Shown here in pieces: positions 29,365-38,524 of a stretch of DNA of 64,000 nucleotides; positions within the stretch are counted from its first letter, which is position 1, and every line of letters begins with the position of its first letter. The position numbers and the translations under genes were made by a program. The notes under the pieces were generated by a model, which was not told the origin of the DNA, did no database searches, and saw only the letters and a program-made list of their open reading frames with translations. Where the stretch lies: positions 2,607 to 66,606 of the forward strand of contig CANEVP010000001.1 of assembly GCA_947442475.1 (NCBI GenBank), read 5' to 3'. The stretch comes from Rickettsiales bacterium. GTDB lineage: Bacteria; Pseudomonadota; Alphaproteobacteria; Rickettsiales; UBA1997.

Positions 29365-29437
29365 CCATGCTGAGCCTGTCGAAGCATGATTCGGGGCGCC
29401 GAGGCCAGAATCATGCTTCGACAGGCTCAGCATGACA
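29365..29437. repeat. Palindromic intergenic repeat (full copy) between purB and hslU
   Basis: ccatgctgagcctgtcgaagcatgattc (left arm) and gaatcatgcttcgacaggctcagcatgac (right arm), about 28 bp each, around a 15-nt GC-rich loop. Confidence 0.85.
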
Positions 29438-29454
29438 ATGAGTGTGTTGCAAAG

Positions 29455-30834
29455 TTACAAAATAAATTTTGAAAGATCGGTTTTTCCAGAAGACAAATCG
29501 CCTAAATGTGCGGCGACATATTTTTGGTCGATTTTTACGGCGGCACCGTTTTTCATTTCGGTGGCTTCAAAACTGACATCTTCAAGAATTTTCTCAAGCA
29601 AGGTGTGAAGGCGTCTGGCGCCGATATTTTCAACTTCGCCGTTCACCTTAAAAGCGACTTTGGCGATTTCTTTAATGCCGTTGTCAGTGAAATCTAACTT
29701 CACATTTTCCACGCCAATTAGCGCTACATATTGTTTGATTAAGCTGGCTTCTGGCTCGCATAAAATGCGCACCAAATCTTCTTCGGTGAGTGGTTTTAGC
29801 TGCACGCGAATTGGGAAGCGGCCTTGTAATTCTGGAAGTAAATCAGCGGGTTTTGTTGCGTGAAAGGCGCCTGATGCGATGAATAAAATATGATCGGTTT
29901 TGATCGTGCCATATTTGGTGGCAACGGCCGTGCCTTCAACCAAAGGCAGCAAGTCGCGTTGCACGCCTTCGCGCGACACGTCTGATCCTGAACCTTTAGC
30001 GCCAGCGCGAGCGCAGATTTTGTCAATTTCGTCAATAAAAACGATGCCGTCATTTTCGACAGATTTGGTGGCTTTTTTAATCAGCTGATCTTCGTCGATC
30101 ATTTTTTCAGACTCTTCTTCGATCAATGATTTTAAGGCGTCTTCAACGCTCATTTTCACTTTTCTGGTTTTTTCTCCGCCCATCGCTTTGCCGATCATTT
30201 CAGAAAGATTAATCATGCCGACTTGACCACCTGGAATGTCAAAGCTGGTGCCAATTGATGAAGAGCCATTATCGAGCAATTCAATTTCAACTTCGCGCTC
30301 GTTGATTTCGCCTTTTTCAAGCATTTTGGAGAATTTTTCTTTGGTGCCAGCAACCGCAATGTCACCAACCAAAGCCATTAAGATTTTTTCTTTGGCGTGA
30401 GCTTCGGCCTTTTTTTCGACTTCTTTTTTGATTTCATTTTTGATGGTTTTAACTGCGACATCCATCAAATCGCGAATGATTGAATCAACATCGCGACCAA
30501 CGTAGCCAACTTCGGTAAATTTAGTGGCTTCAACTTTAATAAAAGGTGCGTTGGCAAGTTTGGCAAGGCGGCGCGCCACCTCAGTTTTTCCAACGCCGGT
30601 TGGCCCTACCATTAAAATATTTTTTGGCACAATTTCTTCACGCAAAGGCGACTCAACTAGCTTGCGGCGATAGCGATTGCGCAGCGCAATAGCCACGGCT
30701 TTTTTGGCTTCTTTTTGGCCAACGATAAAGCGGTTTAATTCGTCAACAATTTGCTTGGGAGTAAAGCCCATGGCAGAAATTTGCGGCAAAGATTTAGTCT
30801 TTGGCGCGGCAGGTTTTTTAAGATTTTTTGTCAT
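29455..30834 (-). CDS. hslU: ATP-dependent protease ATPase subunit HslU
   Basis: [29 protein letters not shown] and [17 protein letters not shown]. 459 aa. The alternative start MGFTPKQ is at 30771. Confidence 0.93.
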   Translation of the reverse strand: MTKNLKKPAAPKTKSLPQISAMGFTPKQIVDELNRFIVGQKEAKKAVAIALRNRYRRKLVESPLREEIVPKNILMVGPTGVGKTEVARRLAKLANAPFIKVEATKFTEVGYVGRDVDSIIRDLMDVAVKTIKNEIKKEVEKKAEAHAKEKILMALVGDIAVAGTKEKFSKMLEKGEINEREVEIELLDNGSSSIGTSFDIPGGQVGMINLSEMIGKAMGGEKTRKVKMSVEDALKSLIEEESEKMIDEDQLIKKATKSVENDGIVFIDEIDKICARAGAKGSGSDVSREGVQRDLLPLVEGTAVATKYGTIKTDHILFIASGAFHATKPADLLPELQGRFPIRVQLKPLTEEDLVRILCEPEASLIKQYVALIGVENVKLDFTDNGIKEIAKVAFKVNGEVENIGARRLHTLLEKILEDVSFEATEMKNGAAVKIDQKYVAAHLGDLSSGKTDLSKFIL

Positions 30835-30949
30835 TTGAAGTTGGTCGATTGGCGGGAGTTTTAGTGCCGTTATATGTAGCGATGTTTAGTAAAAATACTA
30901 GTAGCAGAATGACGGCGCTGGTTAAAAAAATTGTTAGAAAAATTTTCAT
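30818..30949 (-). CDS. Possible 43-aa single-TM peptide between engB and hslU
   Basis: Own translation: [43 protein letters not shown]. Its ATG overlaps the engB stop (TAATG) and its 3' end overlaps the annotated hslU start. Confidence 0.3.
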   Translation of the reverse strand: MKIFLTIFLTSAVILLLVFLLNIATYNGTKTPANRPTSNDKKS

Positions 30950-31590
30950 TACAAATGCTGCAACACTTCAACAATTGAATCTTGAACATCATTAACGCCG
31001 TAGCCTTTCGAGCTGCTGGTGGCAATAATTTTAGGATGGGCTGCTGGCCAAGTTAAAACTTCTTTGGCGATTTTTGCTTCGGCTTTTGCCAGCTCTTCGC
31101 GATTTAATTTATCAGATTTGGTCAAGATAATTTGAAAAGAAACTGCCACAGCGTTGAGCATGTTAATCATGTCGCGATCGGCTTCTTTCAAGCCTTTAAT
31201 TGGATCAATCAATAAATAAAGACGCTTCAAATTTGGGCGTTTCATCAAATATTCCAAAGCAGTTTTTTGCCAATGTTCTGAGTGTTTGGCGCTCGCCTTA
31301 GCAAAGCCGTAGCCGGGCATGTCAACTAGCACAAATCCTTCGGAAAAACTTTGGGTAAAACCGTCAGCAACTTTGAAAAAATTTAGCTGGCGGGTGCGTC
31401 CTGGTGTGGTTGAAACGATGGCGACTTTTTTGCCCATTAGCGCATTAATCAAACTAGATTTACCCACGTTTGAAGCGCCGATAAAAGCAATTTCTGGTTG
31501 TGAGCTTGGGGCAACTTGCAAGTAAGTGTGAGCGCCAAAAAGAAACTCGCACTGACCGTTAAAAATTTTTTTGGGATCTAGTTTTTTCAT
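30949..31590 (-). CDS. engB: Ribosome biogenesis GTP-binding protein EngB/YihA
   Basis: GASNVGKSSLINAL (G1), DMPGYGF (G3) and TKSDK (G4). Confidence 0.9.
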   Translation of the reverse strand: MKKLDPKKIFNGQCEFLFGAHTYLQVAPSSQPEIAFIGASNVGKSSLINALMGKKVAIVSTTPGRTRQLNFFKVADGFTQSFSEGFVLVDMPGYGFAKASAKHSEHWQKTALEYLMKRPNLKRLYLLIDPIKGLKEADRDMINMLNAVAVSFQIILTKSDKLNREELAKAEAKIAKEVLTWPAAHPKIIATSSSKGYGVNDVQDSIVEVLQHL

Positions 31591-31691
31591 TTTTGCTCTT
31601 GGTGCAATCTGGTTTGTAAAATCTCAATAACAAAATCATTAAGGCTTAAATTTTTTTGATCAGAGGTGGGCTTGATTATTGGCTCGGTCAT
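31587..31691 (-). CDS. 34-aa ORF coupled to engB (ATGA overlap); resembles the C-terminal helix of RHH/HicB-type antitoxins
   Basis: Own translation: MTEPIIKPTSDQKNLSLNDFVIEILQTRLHQEQK*. The ..SLNDFVIEIL.. motif is typical of RHH antitoxin C-termini, but the ORF is too short for a full RHH fold. Confidence 0.25.
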   Translation of the reverse strand: MTEPIIKPTSDQKNLSLNDFVIEILQTRLHQEQK

Positions 31692-31703
31692 TGGGGTTTT
31701 TAG

Positions 31704-32783
31704 TTATTTTATAAATCTGATCTGGAGGTTGAGGCTCATTAATATTTCGCCATTTTCTTTGTAAAGCTTTCCGTAACAGTGTCTCGAAGTACTAGCACTT
31801 TCAAATTTTGTATTTTCATATAAGTAAGAAAGAAACTCATCTCGGTTATAAAGGTGGTAACAAACGACTTCACCATTATTTTTAACAACAATATATCCTC
31901 CATGAGCTTTTGTGAATCCGTCCCATATCTTGCTTGGAACCATCCCTAAAGCAGTAGATTGAAGGAAGTTTTTGATTTTAAATTCGTAATCATCGAGCGA
32001 CAGGCGGTATCGTTTTTTTAACGATTCATTTTTGCTTAAAAGATTGGTAATGTCCGAGACTTTGTTTGCCTTGCCAGAGAAGAAATCAACTAACATCTGG
32101 GCAATAAATTCTGGGAAGGCCGTATCTATTTTTTTTAGATTAGACTCAAACTCTTGTTTTGCGGGATTTTTAAATATCAGCGAACCGCCTTTTTCGCTAA
32201 TCGCCTTGATCCGATCTTGTACTTTTGACCTTGTTGAAATCGCATTAATATCGTCCAAATATTTCTCATTTAGACCAATGATTCTGAATAAAAAATTTGT
32301 TGTTTTTCCTGCATTTAGAAGAGTTGAAGCCCCTCCAATAATAGATTTTACGGAAAATCCTAGGATTGAATTAGTGTCTGAAATCCTGTCATCAATTTCA
32401 GCCTCAATATCTGCTTTTTTGCTGCTTGCGGCTTTTATTTTGCTGCACAGCAAGTCTTTCATCAGGTCTTCTGCTTCTGAAATTTCAAAAGTTGTTTTTT
32501 TAGAAGATTTTATTTTCTCGAAAATTCGAGTGATTTTGTTGGGTAAATAAGGATCATTGATTTTTTTCAATAGCTTCCCGTCTGAGCTTAGAATCGATAT
32601 TTCGGAGCTACCAATATCAAAGATTTTTGGATCTTGGTTTTGCTCGGACCTAAAGATTTTTTTAAAAACAAAAAATTTATTAGGAATGATTTCGAGATTC
32701 TCATCGGCAGCGAAAAGCCTTTTTTCATCTAAGATTTTTAGAAAAGTATAAAACTCAGACCACTCACCTTTATTTGCCTTCAT
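31704..32783 (-). CDS. Type II restriction endonuclease, HpaII family
   Basis: The N-terminal NKGEWSEFYTFLKILDEKRLFAAD matches my recollection of the HpaII-family (RE_HpaII) signature. Overlaps the upstream C5-MTase by 14 nt. The region looks A+T-richer than its flanks. Confidence 0.6.
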   Translation of the reverse strand: MKANKGEWSEFYTFLKILDEKRLFAADENLEIIPNKFFVFKKIFRSEQNQDPKIFDIGSSEISILSSDGKLLKKINDPYLPNKITRIFEKIKSSKKTTFEISEAEDLMKDLLCSKIKAASSKKADIEAEIDDRISDTNSILGFSVKSIIGGASTLLNAGKTTNFLFRIIGLNEKYLDDINAISTRSKVQDRIKAISEKGGSLIFKNPAKQEFESNLKKIDTAFPEFIAQMLVDFFSGKANKVSDITNLLSKNESLKKRYRLSLDDYEFKIKNFLQSTALGMVPSKIWDGFTKAHGGYIVVKNNGEVVCYHLYNRDEFLSYLYENTKFESASTSRHCYGKLYKENGEILMSLNLQIRFIK

Positions 32784-33627
32784 TGTGTTTCAAGTATTTA
32801 AAAATTTGTTCTGCCGTGGCTCTTATGGCTGGAACAGCTACTGAATTTCCGAGTTGTTTCATTGCCTGAGTTTCTGAAACTGGAAATATAAAATTTGAGG
32901 GAAAGCCCTGCATCAAAACACCTTCTGCTGGAGTTATTTTTCTAATTTTGTTGTCTACCAAGTAAGAATCCCAGTTCCGACGGTCGTTTATTTTTGACCC
33001 TCTTCCGCCAACTCTTAGAGTATATCCTATCTTCTTGTTGCATGAGCCTTTAAAAATTTCTGACATTGTCATTTTCAAAGGTAATGGCTTTGGAAATTCA
33101 AAAGATTTCTTTTTGTCATCTCTAAATCCAACCATAAATAATCTGGCTCTGTGCTGAGGAAGTCCAAAGTCGGATGCTCTAACCACTTTGTGGTAAAAGC
33201 TATAGCCCAATTGGCCTGAAAGAATATCGCGAATTTTGTTAAAAGTTTTCCCATCGTCGTGCTTTAGTAGGTGTTGAACATTTTCAAGAAAAATTGCTTT
33301 AGGTCTTTTTACATCGATGATTCGGGCAATGTCAAAAAACAAAGTTCCTCTGATATCTTCAAAGCCTTTCTTAAAGCCGGCTTGAGAAAAGGGTTGGCAC
33401 GGAAATCCCGCGCATAAAATATCATGATCGGGTACCGCATCGCTTTCTACTTTTGTAATATCTTCTGCAAAAAGTTCGTCTGATATTTTGTTGTTAACCA
33501 AGTAAGTTGCTCTTGCAGCCTTGTCAATTTCGCACGCAAAAACGCACTCTCCACCACTATCGCTGAGAGCGAGGTGAAATCCTCCGATGCCAGCAAATAA
33601 ATCGATAAATTTAAAATTTTTAGTCAT
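32770..33627 (-). CDS. DNA (cytosine-5)-methyltransferase, unusually short (285 aa)
   Basis: Motif I FIDLFAGIGGF, IV GFPCQPFS, VI ENV, VIII QHRARLF, IX-like ITPAEGVLMQGFP, X GNSVAVP. Confidence 0.9.
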   Translation of the reverse strand: MTKNFKFIDLFAGIGGFHLALSDSGGECVFACEIDKAARATYLVNNKISDELFAEDITKVESDAVPDHDILCAGFPCQPFSQAGFKKGFEDIRGTLFFDIARIIDVKRPKAIFLENVQHLLKHDDGKTFNKIRDILSGQLGYSFYHKVVRASDFGLPQHRARLFMVGFRDDKKKSFEFPKPLPLKMTMSEIFKGSCNKKIGYTLRVGGRGSKINDRRNWDSYLVDNKIRKITPAEGVLMQGFPSNFIFPVSETQAMKQLGNSVAVPAIRATAEQIFKYLKHNEGK

Positions 33628-33659
33628 TGGTAATTTGTTTTGTGGGATTTTTTAAAGGT

Positions 33660-34553
33660 TTAAAACGGCCAATGTATCAATTTCTTTCTTTCCAAAAACT
33701 CAATCATTTTTGCTGCTACGTCAATTCCGGTGGCGCCTTCAATTCCTTCAAGTCCCGGAGAAGAATTTACCTCGAGAATTTTTGGGCCAGAATTTGAGCG
33801 CACCATGTCGACACCAGCAACTTCTAGGCCGATAATTTTTGTTGCTTTAATTGCCAAATCGCGCTCTTCGTCGGTGACATCAATTGCGCGCGCTGTAGCT
33901 CCCAAATGAATGTTAGCGCGGAATTCGCCTTCTTGGGCAATGCGTTCAATTGAGGCAACAACTTGATTGCCAATGACAAAACATCTGATGTCTTGGCCCT
34001 TTGATTCTTTTATGTAATGCTGAACAAGAATGTCGGCTTTCAAGCTGCGAAAGGCGTTGATTACGCTTTCGGCGGCTTTGTTAGTTTCAGCTAAAACCAC
34101 GCCAACACCTTTGGTGCCTTCAAGTAATTTAACCACAAGTGGCGCGCTGCCAACTAGGTTAATCAAATCTTTAGTGTCGTAAGAAGAATTGGCAAAACTA
34201 GTGATTGGCACGTTAAGACCGTGTTGCGAGAGGATTTGCAAAGTGTGCAATTTGTCGCGTGATTTTGTGATGGCGTCCGAGCCGTTGAAACAGCTGATTC
34301 CCATCACTTCAAATTGGCGCGTAATTGCTGAGCCGTAAAATGTCATTGAGGGTTTGAGACGTGGAATGACGTAATCAACATTTTCCAATTTTTTATTTTC
34401 ATCGTGGAAAATTTCGCAGGCATTTGGTGCCACTTTTATGTAACATTCGCCAACGTTTACAAATTCAGCCTCGTGGCCGCGATTTTTTGCCGCTTCAAGC
34501 AGGCGTTGGTTAGAATAGAGATTTGGATTTGATGCGAGTAAGATTATTTTCAT
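33660..34553 (-). CDS. rimK: Ribosomal protein S6--L-glutamate ligase RimK (ATP-grasp)
   Basis: 297 aa. LVVKLLEGTKGVGVVL, RCFVIGNQVVASIER and VAGVDMVRSNSGPKILEVNSSPGLEGIE. Confidence 0.88.
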   Translation of the reverse strand: MKIILLASNPNLYSNQRLLEAAKNRGHEAEFVNVGECYIKVAPNACEIFHDENKKLENVDYVIPRLKPSMTFYGSAITRQFEVMGISCFNGSDAITKSRDKLHTLQILSQHGLNVPITSFANSSYDTKDLINLVGSAPLVVKLLEGTKGVGVVLAETNKAAESVINAFRSLKADILVQHYIKESKGQDIRCFVIGNQVVASIERIAQEGEFRANIHLGATARAIDVTDEERDLAIKATKIIGLEVAGVDMVRSNSGPKILEVNSSPGLEGIEGATGIDVAAKMIEFLERKKLIHWPF

Positions 34554-35062
34554 ATTTTGCGTAAATCTAAACAGGGTTTGGTTGATTGATAAAGTTTGAG
34601 AATTTCGGCTTTTTTATGCTTGCCTTGGCGAAAAGATTTAGATGGATCAACTAACACTTTTGCTAGTTTAATTGCCTCGCGACCAAGCAACATGCGAAAG
34701 GCCATGGTGTCGCGATTAGCAAGGGTTAGCTCGATTCTGATTTTAGTTTCGCCGATGCGTAAATCGGATTTAATAACGAATCTTTTTTCTTTTTTTCCGC
34801 TCGAATCAGACACCATTCTGCGATCGATAACTCGGGCCACACAAGTGCGCGAGAGCTGTTTATTTTTTTGCAAAGGGTGAATGTCAAACTTCACATATTC
34901 GACATTTTCGATGTAAAAACTTTCAATGTTGAAAGCGTGCAGAGATGAAGTTTTGGCGCCAGTATCGATCTTGCCTTTAATCGCTGGCAAGCTTAGGCAA
35001 TCAAGACCAAACCACTCTTTCCAGCCGATGATTTTTCTGGGAGGTTTTTTGATTATTTGCAT
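34550..35062 (-). CDS. RimK-associated putative protease (COG4067 / 'ATP-dependent zinc protease', retropepsin-like)
   Basis: IGWKEWFGL..LPAIKGKIDTGAKTSSLHA...LANRDTMAFRMLLGREAI. Overlaps rimK by 4 nt, which is the usual pairing. Confidence 0.75.
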   Translation of the reverse strand: MQIIKKPPRKIIGWKEWFGLDCLSLPAIKGKIDTGAKTSSLHAFNIESFYIENVEYVKFDIHPLQKNKQLSRTCVARVIDRRMVSDSSGKKEKRFVIKSDLRIGETKIRIELTLANRDTMAFRMLLGREAIKLAKVLVDPSKSFRQGKHKKAEILKLYQSTKPCLDLRKI

Positions 35063-35799
35063 TGCGACGCAATCAAATTTGTGACGATTTCGAGATCTTC
35101 TTTGGTATCAACCGAAAGCGGATGAGCATCGACAACCTTCACAAAAATCGTCATGTCGTTTTCCAAAGCGCGCAATTGTTCAAGGCTTTCACGCTGCTCT
35201 AATGTTGAGGGCGCGAGTTTTACAAATTTTTCTAAAGCTGATTTTTTGTAAGCGTAAATTCCGATGTGATGATAAAAATCTGCTGCATTTGTTTTGGAAT
35301 ATGGAATGGCGCAGCGTGAGAAATAAAGCGCTTTGCCGAGGTTTTTTTCTTTGAAAGAAATCGCAATTTTTACCACATTTGGGTTGGAAATTTCCGCTTC
35401 ATTTTTGATTTTTGAAGCAACGGTTGCAATATCGCAATCATGCGCCAAAGCCGTGTCAGCTGCGGCGCGAATTACTTGCGGATCAATATTTGGTAAGTCA
35501 CCTTGCAAATTCACAACCACGTCAAAATCTTTGCCGAAACTTTTGTAAGCGGCGTAAATGCGATCAGTTCCTGAGGGCAAATTGGGATCGGTAATGATAA
35601 ATTTGGCGCCGATTTTTTGCGCTTCCAAAGCAATTTCTTCGCCGTCGCAGGCAATTAAAACGTCACCCAAATCTGCGGCGAGTGCTTGCTCATAAACTCT
35701 TTGAATCATGCTTTTGCCGCAAATATCAGCCAAAGGTTTGTTCGGCAGGCGGGTTGAAGCAAGGCGTACTGGGATTATTGTTAGAACTTTGCTGGGCAT
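35053..35799 (-). CDS. kdsB: 3-deoxy-manno-octulosonate cytidylyltransferase KdsB
   Basis: IIPVRLASTRLPNKPLADICGKSMIQRVYE and LEQLRALENDM. I prefer the ATG at 35799 (MPSKVL) to the track start at 35871. Confidence 0.9.
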   Translation of the reverse strand: MPSKVLTIIPVRLASTRLPNKPLADICGKSMIQRVYEQALAADLGDVLIACDGEEIALEAQKIGAKFIITDPNLPSGTDRIYAAYKSFGKDFDVVVNLQGDLPNIDPQVIRAAADTALAHDCDIATVASKIKNEAEISNPNVVKIAISFKEKNLGKALYFSRCAIPYSKTNAADFYHHIGIYAYKKSALEKFVKLAPSTLEQRESLEQLRALENDMTIFVKVVDAHPLSVDTKEDLEIVTNLIASQCK

Positions 35800-36009
35800 T
35801 TTTTTAAAAGGAAATTTTGTTAAATTTTTTTCATCCATCTGTTGCCGAGCTAGATAAATCGCGCTTTCCAAGAATTCTACAAATTTGTTGCATTTTTAAG
35901 ATTGGTGCTTTTAATGCGCCCCTCCTCGTTTCAGGGGGGATTTTCCAAAAGAAGATGAAAACAGATTATTTGTGGTGCGAAAAGTTATTAAAGTTTCTCA
36001 TCAACAAAT

Positions 36010-36085
36010 GAGCACGTAGCTCAGTCGGTAGAGCACCTGACTTTTAATTAGGTGGTCGTTGGTTCGATTCCAACCGTGCTCACCA
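36010..36085 (+). tRNA. tRNA-Lys (anticodon UUU)
   Basis: GAGCACGTAGCTCAGTCGGTAGAGCACCTGACTTTTAATTAGGTGGTCGTTGGTTCGATTCCAACCGTGCTCACCA. Anticodon loop is CTTTTAA. Confidence 0.92.
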
Positions 36086-36135
36086 TCCTTCGCTTTTTTA
36101 AAGCTTTGAGATGGCAAGCCAAGAATAACAAAAAA

Positions 36136-36170
36136 AGCCGGTTCCTCATTTCAGGAACCGGCTTTTTTTG
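36136..36170. terminator. Bidirectional rho-independent terminator (tRNA-Lys / DEAD-box helicase)
   Basis: agccggttcc-tcatttca-ggaaccggct, flanked by an A-run upstream and a T-run downstream. Confidence 0.8.
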
Positions 36171-36209
36171 TTAAGCGGGCTTGCCGCGCTATAGCGAAGC
36201 GCAAGCGGG

Positions 36210-37868
36210 TTATTTTTTTTCTTTAGCTCTAGTAACCAAAGATCTTTTTCCGCCAGATTGTTTCTGGAAAGAATGTAAAACTTTTTCTGCATCTTCAAAA
36301 GGCACAGCGAAGAAAGAGAAATCCTCGAACATTTTTACATCGTCAATGTGACGTTGATCAACGCCAGTTTCGCGTTGGATGAATTCAACCAAGCCTCTTG
36401 TATCCATATTGTCGTTACGACCTTTCGCGATGAAGAGACGCGCTGTTCCTTTGCGATCAACATAACCTCTGCGTTGGTCGCCAATTGGTCTGTGGCCGCT
36501 CATGCCGCGATCGTCAGAATAGTAATCTTTGTTTTTAGCATATTCGTTGATTTCGCTGTAGCTCTTTTCGTTAAGCTCTTCTTTGAAGGCTAATTTCAGC
36601 AAGGCGGAAATAGCGATTTTTGGATCAGAAGTTTCTTGCAAAATTTCGTCAGCAATCACGCCAAGATCAGCAAATTTTCCGCCAGCAATAATTTCAAGAA
36701 TTGAGGCTTTGATGCGTTGCTTCTTGCTTTCAACCACGTCTGCAACATTTGGAACTTTTTGCTTAGTGATTGTCATGTTCGACATTTTCTGAATCGAAAC
36801 CAACTTACGATATTCGGAAGGAGTGATTAAAGTAATCGCGATACCTTTTTTACCAGCGCGTCCAGTACGGCCAATTCTGTGAACATAGCTTTCAGGATCT
36901 TGAGGTAGCGCGTAGTTGATTACGTGAGTCAAATTGTCGATATCGATACCTCTTGCCGCAACGTCAGTTGCAACTAGCACAGTTAATTTTTTAGCACGGA
37001 ATTTTTGTAAAACTTTTTCACGCTGTCCTTGTGAAAGATCACCGTGAATCGCTTCAGCCCTGCAGCCGCGATTTGAAAGTTTGTGAGAAATTTCATCAGC
37101 ATCAAGTTTAGTGCGGCAGAAAACCAAGCCGTAGAAACTTTCTTCAACATCAATAATTCTAAAAAGTGCTTCGAATTTATCTGATTGGGGAACTTCAAAA
37201 TAAATTTGCTGAATGTTGGCTTTAGAAAGATTGTCGGTGGCAGCTGCAATCACTTCATATTCATTCATGTATTTTTTCGCCAAGCGCTCGATGTGAGCAG
37301 GCATTGTTGCAGAAAATAACACGGTTCTGCGTTCTTTTGGAGCGGCTTTCAAGATGGTTTCGATATCATCAATGAAACCCATGTTAAGCATTTCATCAGC
37401 TTCATCCAAAACGATGTAAGACACTTTTGAGATGTCCAAAGTTTTGCGTTCTAAGTGATCCAAAATTCTTCCTGGAGTTCCAACAACAATATCAACACCG
37501 CGTTGCAAGCGAGAAATTTGGCGTTCAATTGGTTGGCCGCCGTAAACGGCAACGATTCTGGTTTTTTGTTCTTCAGCAAATGAGCTCAATTCTTCAGCAA
37601 CTTGAATCGCTAATTCGCGAGTTGGGGCCAAGATAATTGCTTGAACTTTTTTTGAATCAGGAACGATATTTTCAATGATCGGAATCCCGAAAGCTGCGGT
37701 TTTACCGGTTCCGGTTTGAGCTTTGCCGATCAAATCTTTTTTATTGGCAAGAAGGAAAGGAATGGTTTTTGCTTGAATTGGCGTTGGTTCTTCGAAGCCT
37801 TTTTTGCGTAAAGAGTTCAGCATCATTTCAGACAGACCAAGGTCTCTGAATTTAACTAGAGTAGACAT
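36210..37868 (-). CDS. DEAD-box ATP-dependent RNA helicase with C-terminal DbpA-type RNA-binding domain
   Basis: Q-motif, AQTGTGKT, DEAD, SAT and HRIGRTGRAG. The C-terminus is LFIAKGRNDNMDTRGLVEFI...FSFFAVPFEDAEKVL. Confidence 0.92.
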   Translation of the reverse strand: MSTLVKFRDLGLSEMMLNSLRKKGFEEPTPIQAKTIPFLLANKKDLIGKAQTGTGKTAAFGIPIIENIVPDSKKVQAIILAPTRELAIQVAEELSSFAEEQKTRIVAVYGGQPIERQISRLQRGVDIVVGTPGRILDHLERKTLDISKVSYIVLDEADEMLNMGFIDDIETILKAAPKERRTVLFSATMPAHIERLAKKYMNEYEVIAAATDNLSKANIQQIYFEVPQSDKFEALFRIIDVEESFYGLVFCRTKLDADEISHKLSNRGCRAEAIHGDLSQGQREKVLQKFRAKKLTVLVATDVAARGIDIDNLTHVINYALPQDPESYVHRIGRTGRAGKKGIAITLITPSEYRKLVSIQKMSNMTITKQKVPNVADVVESKKQRIKASILEIIAGGKFADLGVIADEILQETSDPKIAISALLKLAFKEELNEKSYSEINEYAKNKDYYSDDRGMSGHRPIGDQRRGYVDRKGTARLFIAKGRNDNMDTRGLVEFIQRETGVDQRHIDDVKMFEDFSFFAVPFEDAEKVLHSFQKQSGGKRSLVTRAKEKK

Positions 37869-37967
37869 GTTTTTTGTTTTTTAAGTTTGGATAAAAGGCT
37901 TTCTTCGGTGTTAAAAAGTCTTGTAGAGGCAGGATTTGCGCGCATCGTAAGCCTGTTCTTTTCAATG

Positions 37968-38519
37968 TCAAATTTCTATATTTTGCACCCTGTACAATAT
38001 GTGCTGCGACAGCGGATGATCTGGTGCCAACTTTGGATGAGCAAAATCTCCAGCGAGATCGCGTTTCATGTCGATTTTTTCCATCACTGAAATCGAGCGC
38101 AGATTTTTTGGCACAGTAAAAGCGACAATTTCTTTTAAGCCAAAATTCTTAAACCCAACTTCAAGCACTGATTTTGCAGCCTCAAAAGCATATCCTTTGC
38201 CCCAATGTTTTGCAGAAAGGCGCCAACCGATTTCAACGCAAGGTGTAAAATGACTTACGAAATCAGGGGCGTTTAAGCCAACAAAGCCAATCATCTCGCC
38301 AGTTTCTTTAAGCGTTGCTACCCAAAGCCCAAAACCATATTTGGCAAAATGATAATTGGCGTTTGCGATAAAATTTTGACAATCGCTCAGGCTTAATGGC
38401 CCACGCAGAAACTCAATTACTTTAGGATCTTGGTTAATTGCGGCAAAAGTCTCGGCGTCTTCCTCGCGCCAAGATCTTAAAATTAATCTCTCGGTTTCAA
38501 TGTGATCGATAATTTTCAC
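37968..38519 (-). CDS. GNAT family N-acetyltransferase (RimJ/RimL-like)
   Basis: TERLILRSWREEDAETF... and WGKGYAFEAAKSVLEVGF. Confidence 0.8.
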   Translation of the reverse strand: MKIIDHIETERLILRSWREEDAETFAAINQDPKVIEFLRGPLSLSDCQNFIANANYHFAKYGFGLWVATLKETGEMIGFVGLNAPDFVSHFTPCVEIGWRLSAKHWGKGYAFEAAKSVLEVGFKNFGLKEIVAFTVPKNLRSISVMEKIDMKRDLAGDFAHPKLAPDHPLSQHILYRVQNIEI

Positions 38520-38524
38520 GGTTT

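Noticed and set aside
29330-29368. N-terminal extension of purB (MAFLSLKLTNFKT...)
   Set aside because: The canonical PurB N-terminus MIPRYSRPEM begins at 29329. The extension's ATG lies inside the palindromic repeat.
32032-32550. 172-aa + strand ORF antisense to the HpaII-like endonuclease. The same applies to 28359..28844, antisense to purB.
   Set aside because: These are shadow ORFs opposite well-supported genes, with no start context or recognisable features.
36171-36209. GC-rich segment aagcgggcttgccgcgctatagcgaagcgcaagcgggtt as a possible additional repeat-family member or operator
   Set aside because: It is only a short direct repeat of aagcggg with an imperfect palindrome. It shows no similarity to the three-copy repeat family and recurs nowhere else in the window.
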